Positions 55,332 to 64,000 of a stretch of 64,000 bases of DNA are shown here, one piece after another (the first letter of the stretch is position 1; each line of letters opens with the position of its first letter). The position numbers and the translations under genes were made by a program. The DNA is from Candidatus Poribacteria bacterium (lineage in GTDB: Bacteria > Poribacteria > WGA-4E > WGA-3G): assembly GCA_964291315.2 (NCBI GenBank), contig OZ219753.1:832001-896000 (forward strand), read 5' to 3'. The notes below the pieces were generated by a model that saw only the letters and a list, made by a program, of their open reading frames with translations, was not told where the DNA came from and searched no databases.

Positions 55332-57629
55332 ATGTCAGAATATACTGTTGTCGGTCAAAAGGTCGAACGGGTTGATGCGGTTGAAAAAGTGACTGGTGCT
55401 GCGCAATACGGGGCGGATGTACATCCGCCCGGAATGCTCTACGGTAAGCTTGTGCGTAGCAAGCATGCCCATGCTAACATACTCGGTATTGACACTAGCA
55501 AAGCCGAGAAGCTTCCCGGAGTCAAGGCGATTATTACCCAGGACGCTGTGCCGAGCGGGCGTAGGGTTTTCGCAACAGGTAAGGTGCTTTATTTCGGTGA
55601 ACCCGTTGCTGCTGTTGCTGCAACGGATCCTGATATTGCTGAGGAAGCAGCTGAACTCATTAAGATTGATTATGAGGTTCTACCGGTTGTTCAGGACGTT
55701 ATGGAGGCGATTAAACCGTCTGCTCCGCGTCTACACAGCGATGACACAAAGGATGGCCCCAACCGACGGGAGACCGCAGCGAAAATCCGCAGACTTTCGC
55801 GTGATAAAGAGAACGATCATAGTGATGAAATTAGCAAGCTTGAAGCTGCATTAGAGGCCTATCCTGATGAAGTTTATTACAACATTTCTGCCGAAAGCCA
55901 TTCTGAGGCGGGGGATGTTGAAAAAGGGTTTGCTGAGTCCGATGTTGTTGTTGAAGATACGTACGTGATTCCCCGTGTTCATCAAACCTATATGGAACCT
56001 CATGTTTCTGTTGCAAGTGCTGACTCGTCTGGCAAAATCACTGTCTGGGCGTCGACCCAGGGTCCCTTCGCTATCCGTTCTGGCATTGCTGGAACATTGG
56101 GGATTCCGTTGACTCGAATTAATGTTATCGGGACAACGATGGGCGGCGGTTTTGGTGGACGTTTTGGGGTTATCATTACGCATGTTCCGGCTGTTCTGCT
56201 TTCCCAGAGAACAGGTCGGCCGGTTCGGGTCCAGATGACGCGCGAAGAGGAATTTACAGATGGGAGACCGGCCCCGGGCTGTGTTATTAAGTTGAAGACA
56301 GGTGCTTCTAAAGATGGTCGTATCCTTGCGCGCCAAGCACTCGCTTTTTGGGATTCTGGTTCTGTCTCCGGTGCGTCGATCGGTAGCACAATTCGTGTTC
56401 GTGGGGTCTACAAGATTCCCAATCTCAAGGTAGACGCTTACGGTGTTCATACCAACAAGTCTGGTACAGCTGCCTATAGGGCACCCGGTGCGCCACAGGC
56501 CATTTTTGCGGGAGAATCCCAGCTCGACGAAATTGCTGAGCGGGTCGGTATGGATCCAGTTGAATTCCGTCTGCTGAATATGCGCGAAGAGGGTGATTCT
56601 GTTCCGGCGGGTGGGAGTGAACCTAAGGTCGGATACAAAGAGACTTTACAAGCTGTGGCTGATGCTGCTGGATGGTGGGATCGGAAAGCAGGTGAAAACC
56701 AAGGATGGGGCGTTGCTGTCGGGGATTGGACAAACGGATGTGGGCCTGGCGGCGTCTATGTTTCTGTGCATGAGGATGGCAGTGTTCGTATCTTTCACGG
56801 TTCTATGGACATCACTGGAACAGACACTGCAATTTCACAGATTGTTGCCGAAATTTTGACTGTGCCTTATGAGAATGTCACGATTCGGCGGGGAGATACT
56901 GACTCTGCCCCTTATTCAACGGGTTCGGGTGGAAGCGTTGTCACCTTCACAATGGGTAACACTGCTAAATTAGCGGCTGAAGATGCACACTGCCGTATTC
57001 TTGAGCTGGCATCGGAGCGACTCAACATGAACGTTGACAACCTTGAGCTCAGGGAAGGTGCTGTTCATGTTGTCAGCGCTGATCCACCGAAATCTATTTC
57101 ATTGGGTGAACTCGCTGCGTATAGTCTCTCCACAACAGGTGGGCCTATTGTTGGAAAGGGTGCCTTCGCGCGCCAATCCAGTACACCTGCACTTGCTGCG
57201 CAGATTGCCAAGGTTGAGGTGGACCCGGAGACCGGCAGGACTCGGGTGCTTAAACTGGTGGCTTCGCAAGATGTGGGCTTCGCTATTAATCCAATGGCCG
57301 TCGAAGGCCAGATTGAGGGCGGAACCGTTCAAGGCTACGCTTGGGCGATGATGGAGGAGATGCAATACTGCGAAAGCGGTAATATCAATCCTGGGTTTGT
57401 TGACTACCGCGTCCCGACCTCTGCAGATCTTCCTACAGTAAAGTCTGTTATCGTTGAAGTCCCGGCACCCAATGGTCCTTACGGTGCTAAAGGTGTTGGT
57501 GAACCGCCAATCACGCCGACATTGGCAACCATGGCAAACGCCGTCAAAAATGCTGTCGGTGTGCGGATTACCGAATTGCCCATTAAACCTGAAAAGGTTG
57601 TTCAGGCATTAAGAAACAACGGACGCTAA
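55332..57629 (+). CDS. Xanthine dehydrogenase-family molybdopterin subunit
   Basis: GGGFGG, AYRAPG, EGQIEGG, GAKGVGE. Confidence 0.92.
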   Translation: MSEYTVVGQKVERVDAVEKVTGAAQYGADVHPPGMLYGKLVRSKHAHANILGIDTSKAEKLPGVKAIITQDAVPSGRRVFATGKVLYFGEPVAAVAATDPDIAEEAAELIKIDYEVLPVVQDVMEAIKPSAPRLHSDDTKDGPNRRETAAKIRRLSRDKENDHSDEISKLEAALEAYPDEVYYNISAESHSEAGDVEKGFAESDVVVEDTYVIPRVHQTYMEPHVSVASADSSGKITVWASTQGPFAIRSGIAGTLGIPLTRINVIGTTMGGGFGGRFGVIITHVPAVLLSQRTGRPVRVQMTREEEFTDGRPAPGCVIKLKTGASKDGRILARQALAFWDSGSVSGASIGSTIRVRGVYKIPNLKVDAYGVHTNKSGTAAYRAPGAPQAIFAGESQLDEIAERVGMDPVEFRLLNMREEGDSVPAGGSEPKVGYKETLQAVADAAGWWDRKAGENQGWGVAVGDWTNGCGPGGVYVSVHEDGSVRIFHGSMDITGTDTAISQIVAEILTVPYENVTIRRGDTDSAPYSTGSGGSVVTFTMGNTAKLAAEDAHCRILELASERLNMNVDNLELREGAVHVVSADPPKSISLGELAAYSLSTTGGPIVGKGAFARQSSTPALAAQIAKVEVDPETGRTRVLKLVASQDVGFAINPMAVEGQIEGGTVQGYAWAMMEEMQYCESGNINPGFVDYRVPTSADLPTVKSVIVEVPAPNGPYGAKGVGEPPITPTLATMANAVKNAVGVRITELPIKPEKVVQALRNNGR

Positions 57630-57728
57630 TCTATTTACAGGTGTCAGCTACTTGCTGGTGGCAGAGAAAGCATCTCTAACGACCACACCTCTTAATTGAC
57701 ACCTGATTCCGATATAAGCAGGGAAAAT

Positions 57729-58445
57729 ATGTTTGGTGAAATTAGAAACGAACACGGTGAACGTCTCGATTATACCTTTCATGAGGGCAAGGCCGGCAGA
57801 ATTGTGGTGATTGGACATGGTGTCACTGGCAATAAAGATCGTCCTGCCCTCGTTGCTTTGGCGGAAGGGCTTGCGGCTGCAGGTATCTCTGCCCTGCGCT
57901 TCTCATTTTCAGGCAACGGTGAATCGGAAGGCGCATTTACAGATTCAACTATCACAAAAGAGGTTGCGGACCTGGGGAGTATCATTGATACGATCAAAGG
58001 ATATCGTGTGTGCTATGTCGGCCATAGCATGGGTGGCGCGGTTGGTGTCTTGCGCGCCGCTGGCGATCAACGCATCCAAATTCTCGTCTCGCTTGCCGGG
58101 ATGGTGAATACACGAGCGTTTGCAGCACGCGAATTTGGCGACATCACACCGAACGAGGGCTTCATGTGGGATGAACCGGACTGTCCGCTGTCACAGGCCT
58201 ATATGGATGACATGGCAACGATTGGCAGTGTTGCAGAACGTGCAAGTGAATTCGAGGTGCCCTGGCTGCTCGTCCACGGCACCGAAGACGATATTGTCCC
58301 TATCGAAGATAGCCACGACATTCTTCAATACGCAAGTGAGCAAACAGATCTCCTTGAGATGCCGGGCGTAGATCATGTTTTTTCTGGCGAGGGTAGTGCT
58401 GTCATGGTCGAAAAAGTTGTGGCGTGGATTGATAAAAGGTTGTGA
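57729..58445 (+). CDS. Alpha/beta hydrolase
   Basis: GHSMGG nucleophile elbow, HGTEDDIV, DHVF. Confidence 0.88.
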   Translation: MFGEIRNEHGERLDYTFHEGKAGRIVVIGHGVTGNKDRPALVALAEGLAAAGISALRFSFSGNGESEGAFTDSTITKEVADLGSIIDTIKGYRVCYVGHSMGGAVGVLRAAGDQRIQILVSLAGMVNTRAFAAREFGDITPNEGFMWDEPDCPLSQAYMDDMATIGSVAERASEFEVPWLLVHGTEDDIVPIEDSHDILQYASEQTDLLEMPGVDHVFSGEGSAVMVEKVVAWIDKRL

Positions 58446-58565
58446 TGGAATACATCTGATATCGAGTCAAGTGTCTAAAAGGCGATAAGAAACACATGGA
58501 TTTATCCGTTGTGGGTATCACAAATTGATTTGCATCAAAAAAAAGAGTTTAGTAGACTTTAACAT

Positions 58566-58916
58566 ATGTTGAACTCGTTTTTCTTCGGTGGTAAAAGTCG
58601 GGGTCCCCTTCGATTTTTACGTTTTCTTTTTCATATTCCAAACTTTGCCAAACTCACATGGCGACTCTTTGGCGATCAACGGATCCCTATCCATCGCAAG
58701 GCGATTCTGATTCTCGCTGAATTCATCGCTATTATATTTGCTGCTGCCTACTTACTCAACCCCCTCGATTTCGATTTTCTCCCGATTTTCGGTCGCATTG
58801 ACGACATTTTCATCGGAGCTTTTGTGATTCTTGTACCGGGGGCATGGTTGTTCATTCGATTATGTCCGAAGAATATTGTCCAAGAACATGTCGACCAAAT
58901 TTCACGTGGCACGTAA
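58566..58916 (+). CDS. YkvA/DUF1232-family membrane protein
   Basis: YLLNPLD..FLPIFGRIDD. Confidence 0.8.
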   Translation: MLNSFFFGGKSRGPLRFLRFLFHIPNFAKLTWRLFGDQRIPIHRKAILILAEFIAIIFAAAYLLNPLDFDFLPIFGRIDDIFIGAFVILVPGAWLFIRLCPKNIVQEHVDQISRGT

Positions 58917-59090
58917 ATACAACCTCACCACGCAGCTATTCCAACACAGTATTTTGCCAGAGACGCTACGTTTTTCTTTTTTGCAACTTTATTTTGTAAT
59001 AGGTGTATCTGTAAGGCGAAAAAACGGACCAATTAAAAAAAGGTTACCAGATTCGGTACCTGCTCAAAATTACATCAGGAGGTTTATATA

Positions 59091-60656
59091 ATGTCCAAAC
59101 TCAGGAGCAGACTACATAACCCAGTACGGGTATTATTGATTTTAGCGGCGTTTGTCATCGTAGTAGCGGTTGTTATTGACCGGGAAGCGGATGATCTCAC
59201 GTTGCAAACTGCAATCGGGCAGACCAATGACACACTTCAAACATCGGATGATTTTCAGTACTTGGAGCGCTCGAATCGTGCTTTTATTGATCTAGTAGCA
59301 CGAACGCGCCCGGCCGTTGTGCAAATTACGACCAAAACAGTGCGTGAACAGAGGCGGCCGCCGAGCAGTCGTTTCGGTGATGATTTTTACAGGTACTTCT
59401 TTGGTCCTGAATTCGAAGTTGATCCAGAAGCTGAAATAGAACCAATCACGGGCCTCGGTTCAGGCGTGATCGTTCGCGAGGATGGCTATATTTTAACGAA
59501 CAATCATGTCATTGACGGCGTTGACGATATTACTGTCATCCTCGCAAACGGTCGGGAGTATGAAGGCGAATTAGTCGGTAGTGATTCGGCAAGTCGAAGG
59601 GGTGGTGGCAGCGATCTTGCCCTCATTAAAATAGATGAGAAAGCCCTACCCACTTTACAATTCGGCGATTCAGATGCCCTTGAAGTTGGCGAATGGGTGA
59701 TTGCAATAGGATCACCGCTGGGTCTTTCGCAGAGTGTAACGCGCGGCATCGTTAGTGCAAAAAGCAGGACTGAATTCAGCGCTAGTGTTCCGTACAGTGA
59801 CTTTATTCAAACCGACGCACCCATTAACCGTGGCAACAGTGGCGGTGCCCTGATTAACATTCGCGGTGAGCTAGTCGGTATCAATACCTTAATCGCCACT
59901 GGCGGTTATTCTAGAGGGAACATCGGTCTCGGTTTCGCTGTTTCGGGTAACATGGCGAAACAGCTGATACCAGATCTGATCGAAAACGGAAAAGTTGTAC
60001 GCGGCTGGCTCGGAATCCAGATGGATGCAGTCGGATATGATTTAGCAGATAAACTGCAATTTGAAGAACCAAAGGGTGTCATTGTCGAACGAGTTATCAA
60101 AGATAGCCCCGCTGAAAAAGCCGGAATCCAACCCCGCGATATCATCCTCGAATTTGATGGAAAAACGGTTCGAGGCATACAGCATATGATGTACACTGTT
60201 GCTGCCACAAAAGTAGGCAAACCTGTGGAATTAAAGGTGCTACGACGGGGGAGTCAAGAGAAACAACTCACTGTCGAGTTAGCAGAGAGAACAGCTGAAG
60301 TTGTCAATACACCCGAAGACAGAATATTTCGCCGAGAGCAAGAAGAATTGTTTGCGGGCATCCGCGTTCAAGATCTAAATCCGGTAATTGCGCAGCGCTA
60401 CGGATACTCTCCAAGCGAAACGGGTGTAATCGTCACGGAGGTCGAAAGACGTAGCGATGCTCAGAAAAAAGGTATCAGACGCGGGTATCTCATTCAAGAG
60501 ATAGAATGGAGATCCGTGGAGGATCTTAAGACGTATTCTGAGCATGTTAAGAAAGTGAAAAAAGAGAAAAAGGAAAAAGTTCTCCTCTATGTCAAATCGC
60601 CAGATGGACGTGGCGGGGGCTATGTTACGGTGAAAGTTTCGACATCGGATCGATAA
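59091..60656 (+). CDS. DegP/HtrA (Do) serine protease with two PDZ domains
   Basis: GSGVI, TNNHV, SDLAL, INRGNSGG. Confidence 0.93.
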   Translation: MSKLRSRLHNPVRVLLILAAFVIVVAVVIDREADDLTLQTAIGQTNDTLQTSDDFQYLERSNRAFIDLVARTRPAVVQITTKTVREQRRPPSSRFGDDFYRYFFGPEFEVDPEAEIEPITGLGSGVIVREDGYILTNNHVIDGVDDITVILANGREYEGELVGSDSASRRGGGSDLALIKIDEKALPTLQFGDSDALEVGEWVIAIGSPLGLSQSVTRGIVSAKSRTEFSASVPYSDFIQTDAPINRGNSGGALINIRGELVGINTLIATGGYSRGNIGLGFAVSGNMAKQLIPDLIENGKVVRGWLGIQMDAVGYDLADKLQFEEPKGVIVERVIKDSPAEKAGIQPRDIILEFDGKTVRGIQHMMYTVAATKVGKPVELKVLRRGSQEKQLTVELAERTAEVVNTPEDRIFRREQEELFAGIRVQDLNPVIAQRYGYSPSETGVIVTEVERRSDAQKKGIRRGYLIQEIEWRSVEDLKTYSEHVKKVKKEKKEKVLLYVKSPDGRGGGYVTVKVSTSDR

Positions 60657-60692
60657 TTAACGCTCATTGGTATTGAGAGGAACAGACTGCTG

Positions 60693-61694
60693 ATGAAAGC
60701 CCAGCGGGTCGTTTGGCCCAGTCATGCCAAGGTTGAAATTGAGACGTTTACCTTGCCCTCTGTCGGGGATGATGAGGTGCTTGTTGCTACGGAATGCACG
60801 CTCATCAGCCCCGGCACAGAGCGTGCCTTTTTATTACACCTCCCGAACGCCCAGGGCCGATATCCGTCGCGCCCTGGGTACAGCAATATCGGTAGAGTCG
60901 TAGAGGTTGGAAAATTGGTTACGAGCTACAAGGTGGGCGAACGGGTTGCTTCAACCCAGGGACACACTAGTCACTTTGTAACCTGCCCCAGCCGCTTGTT
61001 AAAGGTTACCTCTAGCGATGTTCCTGCCGAAGAAATTGTCTTTTTCAATTTGGGTGCGATCGCATTACAGGGCGTTCGCAAGGCAAGGATTGAATTAGGT
61101 GAGGCTACGTTGGTTTTAGGACAAGGTCTTATCGGCTTACTTGCTATGCAACTCTCAAAACTTAGTGGGGCTATGCCGCTTATTGCAGCTGATCTTACTG
61201 ATGCTCGACTTGAGCTTGCTAAAGAGGTCGGAGCAGACTATGTTCTCAATCCAGAGGCTGCCGATTTCTCCGCACAGCTAAGGGATGCCACTAACGGTAA
61301 TGGTCCGTCGATCAGCATTGAGGCAACCGGGCATCCAGATGGCATTAGGACCGCCTTGGCTGCAGCTGGTTGGGGGGCGCGTGTAATCCTATTGGCAAGC
61401 ACACGCGGGGAAACGTCGAGTGTGAACTTCTACCGAGACGTGCATAAGAAGGGACTTATCCTTTATGGCGCACACAACTCAATCCGTCCACGGCAAGAAT
61501 CTTCATCGAATTTCTGGACGCTTGAAGACGATAGTCGCTTGTTACTATCGCTGATCGTACAGAAACGGCTTAATGTTGCCTCGTTGATTAGTCATCGTGT
61601 GCTTGGCGAGGATGCCCCGAAGGCGTATCAACTGCTCATGGAATGGGATCCCGGTTTCCTCGGTGTTGTCCTGCAGTGGAACAACGGCCGGTAG
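60693..61694 (+). CDS. Medium-chain (zinc-binding-family) dehydrogenase
   Basis: ISPGTE, PGYSNIG, LGQGLIG, IEATG. Confidence 0.85.
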   Translation: MKAQRVVWPSHAKVEIETFTLPSVGDDEVLVATECTLISPGTERAFLLHLPNAQGRYPSRPGYSNIGRVVEVGKLVTSYKVGERVASTQGHTSHFVTCPSRLLKVTSSDVPAEEIVFFNLGAIALQGVRKARIELGEATLVLGQGLIGLLAMQLSKLSGAMPLIAADLTDARLELAKEVGADYVLNPEAADFSAQLRDATNGNGPSISIEATGHPDGIRTALAAAGWGARVILLASTRGETSSVNFYRDVHKKGLILYGAHNSIRPRQESSSNFWTLEDDSRLLLSLIVQKRLNVASLISHRVLGEDAPKAYQLLMEWDPGFLGVVLQWNNGR

Positions 61695-61714
61695 GGGCGG
61701 GACCAAAGGAAAAG

Positions 61715-63844
61715 ATGGCACGCGAATACCCGATTGAAAATGTTCGCAACATCGGCATTGCTGCACACATTGATGCTGGTAAAACAACTACAACTGAACG
61801 GATCCTGTTTTACACCGGAAAAAAGCATAAAATCGGTGCAGTAGATGATGGCACTGCTGAGATGGATTGGATGGTACAGGAACGGGAACGCGGTGTGACG
61901 ATTACAGCTGCCGCGACTACCTGTTTCTGGCGTCAACATGCAATTCATCTCATTGATACCCCTGGACATGTAGATTTCACCGTAGAGGTGGAGCGCTCAT
62001 TCAGGGTCTTAGATGGTGCTATTGCACTTTTTTGTGCTGTTGGCGGTGTCGAACCGCAATCTGAAAATGTCTGGTGCCAGGCGGAACGTTATAACGTACC
62101 ACGTATCGTTTTCATCAATAAAATGGATAGAGTTGGTGCGAATTTCGATCGCGTTCTAGAGATGATTCAAGAGCGTTTAGATGCAACGCCTCTTCCGCTC
62201 CAATTACCTATCGGTGAAGGCCCCGATTTCACGGGTATTATCGATGTGCTGACACAAAAGGCGATGCATTGGGATGCGACTGATTCTGGACAGACCTATA
62301 CAGAAACGGAGATTCCTTCTGAACTTGAAGCTGAGGTGGCCCAGGCGCAAGAGAGTCTGCTTGAAAATATCGCTGTTGAAGATGAAATCTTGCTTGAAAA
62401 ATACTTAGGCGGGGCGGATATCAGCTACCGCGAGTTATTGGCAGGTATTCGCGCAGCGACGCTAAAAGGAGCATTAGTGCCTGTATTGTGTGGAAGCTCC
62501 CTCAAGAATCAGGGGGTTCAGCCTCTGCTTGATGCGGTGATCGATTTTCTTCCTTCTCCTGTTGATGTCCCGCCCATCGAAGGCACCTTGCCACATACAG
62601 TCTCTCTAAAGCGGCATTCGGGAAGCTCAAAAGATACAACTACCGAAACAGGTAGGATGACTCGCACTGCAGATGAAGCAGGCCCCCTCGCAGCTTTAGC
62701 GTTTAAGGTAGTAAGTCATCCGACTGTAGACAAACTCGTGTATTGTCGTCTCTATTCAGGCGCGTTGAAACGGGGAGACGTTGTTTATAACGTCCGTTCT
62801 GAGAAGCGAGAACGCGTTAATCGGATTTTGCAGATGCACGCGAATAAAGAGACTGTATCTGACACTGCTTATGCCGGCGATATTGTCGCCTTGGTCGGAC
62901 TCAAGCACACGAAAACGGGTGACACGGTCACCGATGAAAAAGAACCGATTCTGCTCGAAGCGATCACATTTCCAGAACCGGTGATATCTATCGCTATTGA
63001 GCCTGAACGTGCTAGCGATGCGGATACATTGGAGGAAACCCTCGAAAAATTGATGGACGAGGATCCGACGTTTACAGTCGGGATCGACAAGGATACCGGG
63101 CAGCGGGTTATCTCAGGAATGGGCGAACTCCATCTGGAGGTTTTGACCGACCGGATGATACGTGAATTTGGTGTTAAGGCCCGGGTTAGTAAACTTCAGG
63201 TCGCGTATCGCGAAACGATCGGCATTGTGGCAGAAGCTCGCGGGACATATATTCATAAAACGGATGAGGAAGGTATTTATGGCGACGTGTTGCTCAGGGT
63301 CGAACCCTTAGAACGCGGCAACGGATTTCAGTTTGAGGATGAGACAGACGAAACGCAGATTCCGCGGCAATATATAGCATCTATTGAGAATGCACTTGAA
63401 GGTGCGATGGGAACCGGACCACGTATCGGCTACCCGCTGCAAGATGTCAAAGTAACACTGACGGGAGGTACTTATCATCCGACTGATTCCTCGGAAATTG
63501 CATTCGAAGCAGCAGCTGTTCTTGCGTTTGAAAATGCTGTCGGAAAGGCGAGGCCCTTACTCTTAGAACCGATTATGCGGATACATATCACCGTTTCTAA
63601 TGAACATGTCGGCAGCGTTATCGGAGACCTAAATTCACGTCGTGCTCAGATTAATGAGAGTGCTATGCAAGATGCCTCTGTAAACGTCATCAATGCCTTT
63701 ATCCCTTTGTCAGAAACGTTTCAATACACAACCCAACTCCGCTCGATGACGCGGGGGCGTGGGGCTTTTACATTGGAATTTTCGCACTACGATGTTGTGC
63801 CGGAGTCTCTTGGCCCCGGAGTCAAGGGTTCTACTTCGGCTTAG
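61715..63844 (+). CDS. fusA: Elongation factor G (stand-alone, divergent); start at ATG 61715
   Basis: [39 protein letters not shown]; AAGGA RBS. Confidence 0.9.
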   Translation: MAREYPIENVRNIGIAAHIDAGKTTTTERILFYTGKKHKIGAVDDGTAEMDWMVQERERGVTITAAATTCFWRQHAIHLIDTPGHVDFTVEVERSFRVLDGAIALFCAVGGVEPQSENVWCQAERYNVPRIVFINKMDRVGANFDRVLEMIQERLDATPLPLQLPIGEGPDFTGIIDVLTQKAMHWDATDSGQTYTETEIPSELEAEVAQAQESLLENIAVEDEILLEKYLGGADISYRELLAGIRAATLKGALVPVLCGSSLKNQGVQPLLDAVIDFLPSPVDVPPIEGTLPHTVSLKRHSGSSKDTTTETGRMTRTADEAGPLAALAFKVVSHPTVDKLVYCRLYSGALKRGDVVYNVRSEKRERVNRILQMHANKETVSDTAYAGDIVALVGLKHTKTGDTVTDEKEPILLEAITFPEPVISIAIEPERASDADTLEETLEKLMDEDPTFTVGIDKDTGQRVISGMGELHLEVLTDRMIREFGVKARVSKLQVAYRETIGIVAEARGTYIHKTDEEGIYGDVLLRVEPLERGNGFQFEDETDETQIPRQYIASIENALEGAMGTGPRIGYPLQDVKVTLTGGTYHPTDSSEIAFEAAAVLAFENAVGKARPLLLEPIMRIHITVSNEHVGSVIGDLNSRRAQINESAMQDASVNVINAFIPLSETFQYTTQLRSMTRGRGAFTLEFSHYDVVPESLGPGVKGSTSA

Positions 63845-64000
63845 GCGAAGTTCGGTTTTTGTTGGCTTTCATCACGTCTTGCAACTCGTCCAAGGGAATT
63901 GCAAACATCGTCCGTCCGTTAATACCGGTTGTTGTGGTTGCCATCGTCATTGAATTGATAATAGCTTCCTCTGTTGCCTCAATGACTGCTTGGAACAGTG
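63831..64000 (-). CDS. 3' end of a DmpA-like (P1/S58) aminopeptidase, truncated by the window edge
   Basis: Manual translation [39 protein letters not shown]...*; overlaps the fusA stop. Confidence 0.7.
   Translation of the reverse strand, partial: LFQAVIEATEEAIINSMTMATTTTGINGRTMFAIPLDELQDVMKANKNRTSPKPK

Noticed and set aside
55332-57629. Aerobic CO dehydrogenase (coxL)
   Set aside because: Lacks AYxCSFR (form I) and AYRGAGR (form II); no cox accessory genes nearby
61643-61714. N-terminal extension of EF-G in the ORF track
   Set aside because: Overlaps the upstream gene; RBS and homology support ATG 61715

Overview
Gene-dense 64-kb bacterial chromosomal segment. The gene mix (secreted WD40, lamin-tail, YCF48, PorV-like, PhyH, Gfo/Idh/MocA and DUF6785-like proteins) suggests a Candidatus Poribacteria-like, sponge-symbiont-type genome; this is inference. 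Housekeeping genes are scattered (hisA, rsgA, cis-prenyltransferase, thrB, pcm, sppA, degP-like, fusA). No rRNA, tRNA or CRISPR array was recognised. Highlights: (1) a defence-like hotspot at 8.6-16.5 kb with three non-identical tandem Rpn (PD-(D/E)xK) genes. Each has its own promoter, a candidate gene-within-gene antitoxin start and a different C-terminal repeat count. Each stop codon is fused to the GTAG end of a co-oriented, covarying REP-like hairpin. The block is bracketed by a ~105-bp promoter-bearing direct repeat and lies next to a single-chain restriction-modification gene. (2) An intact 957-aa P-type ATPase homologue with all recognisable catalytic and ion-binding motifs replaced. 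(3) An exported DUF3179 selenoprotein (UPLC motif plus SECIS-like hairpin) that the ORF track splits in two. (4) A sensor-less sigma-54 activator divergent from an unknown membrane-anchored protein with a near-consensus -24/-12 promoter and inverted enhancer-like sites. (5) A T9SS-like barrel/cargo cluster and two halogenase candidates. All family calls come from motif recognition by eye, without database searches.
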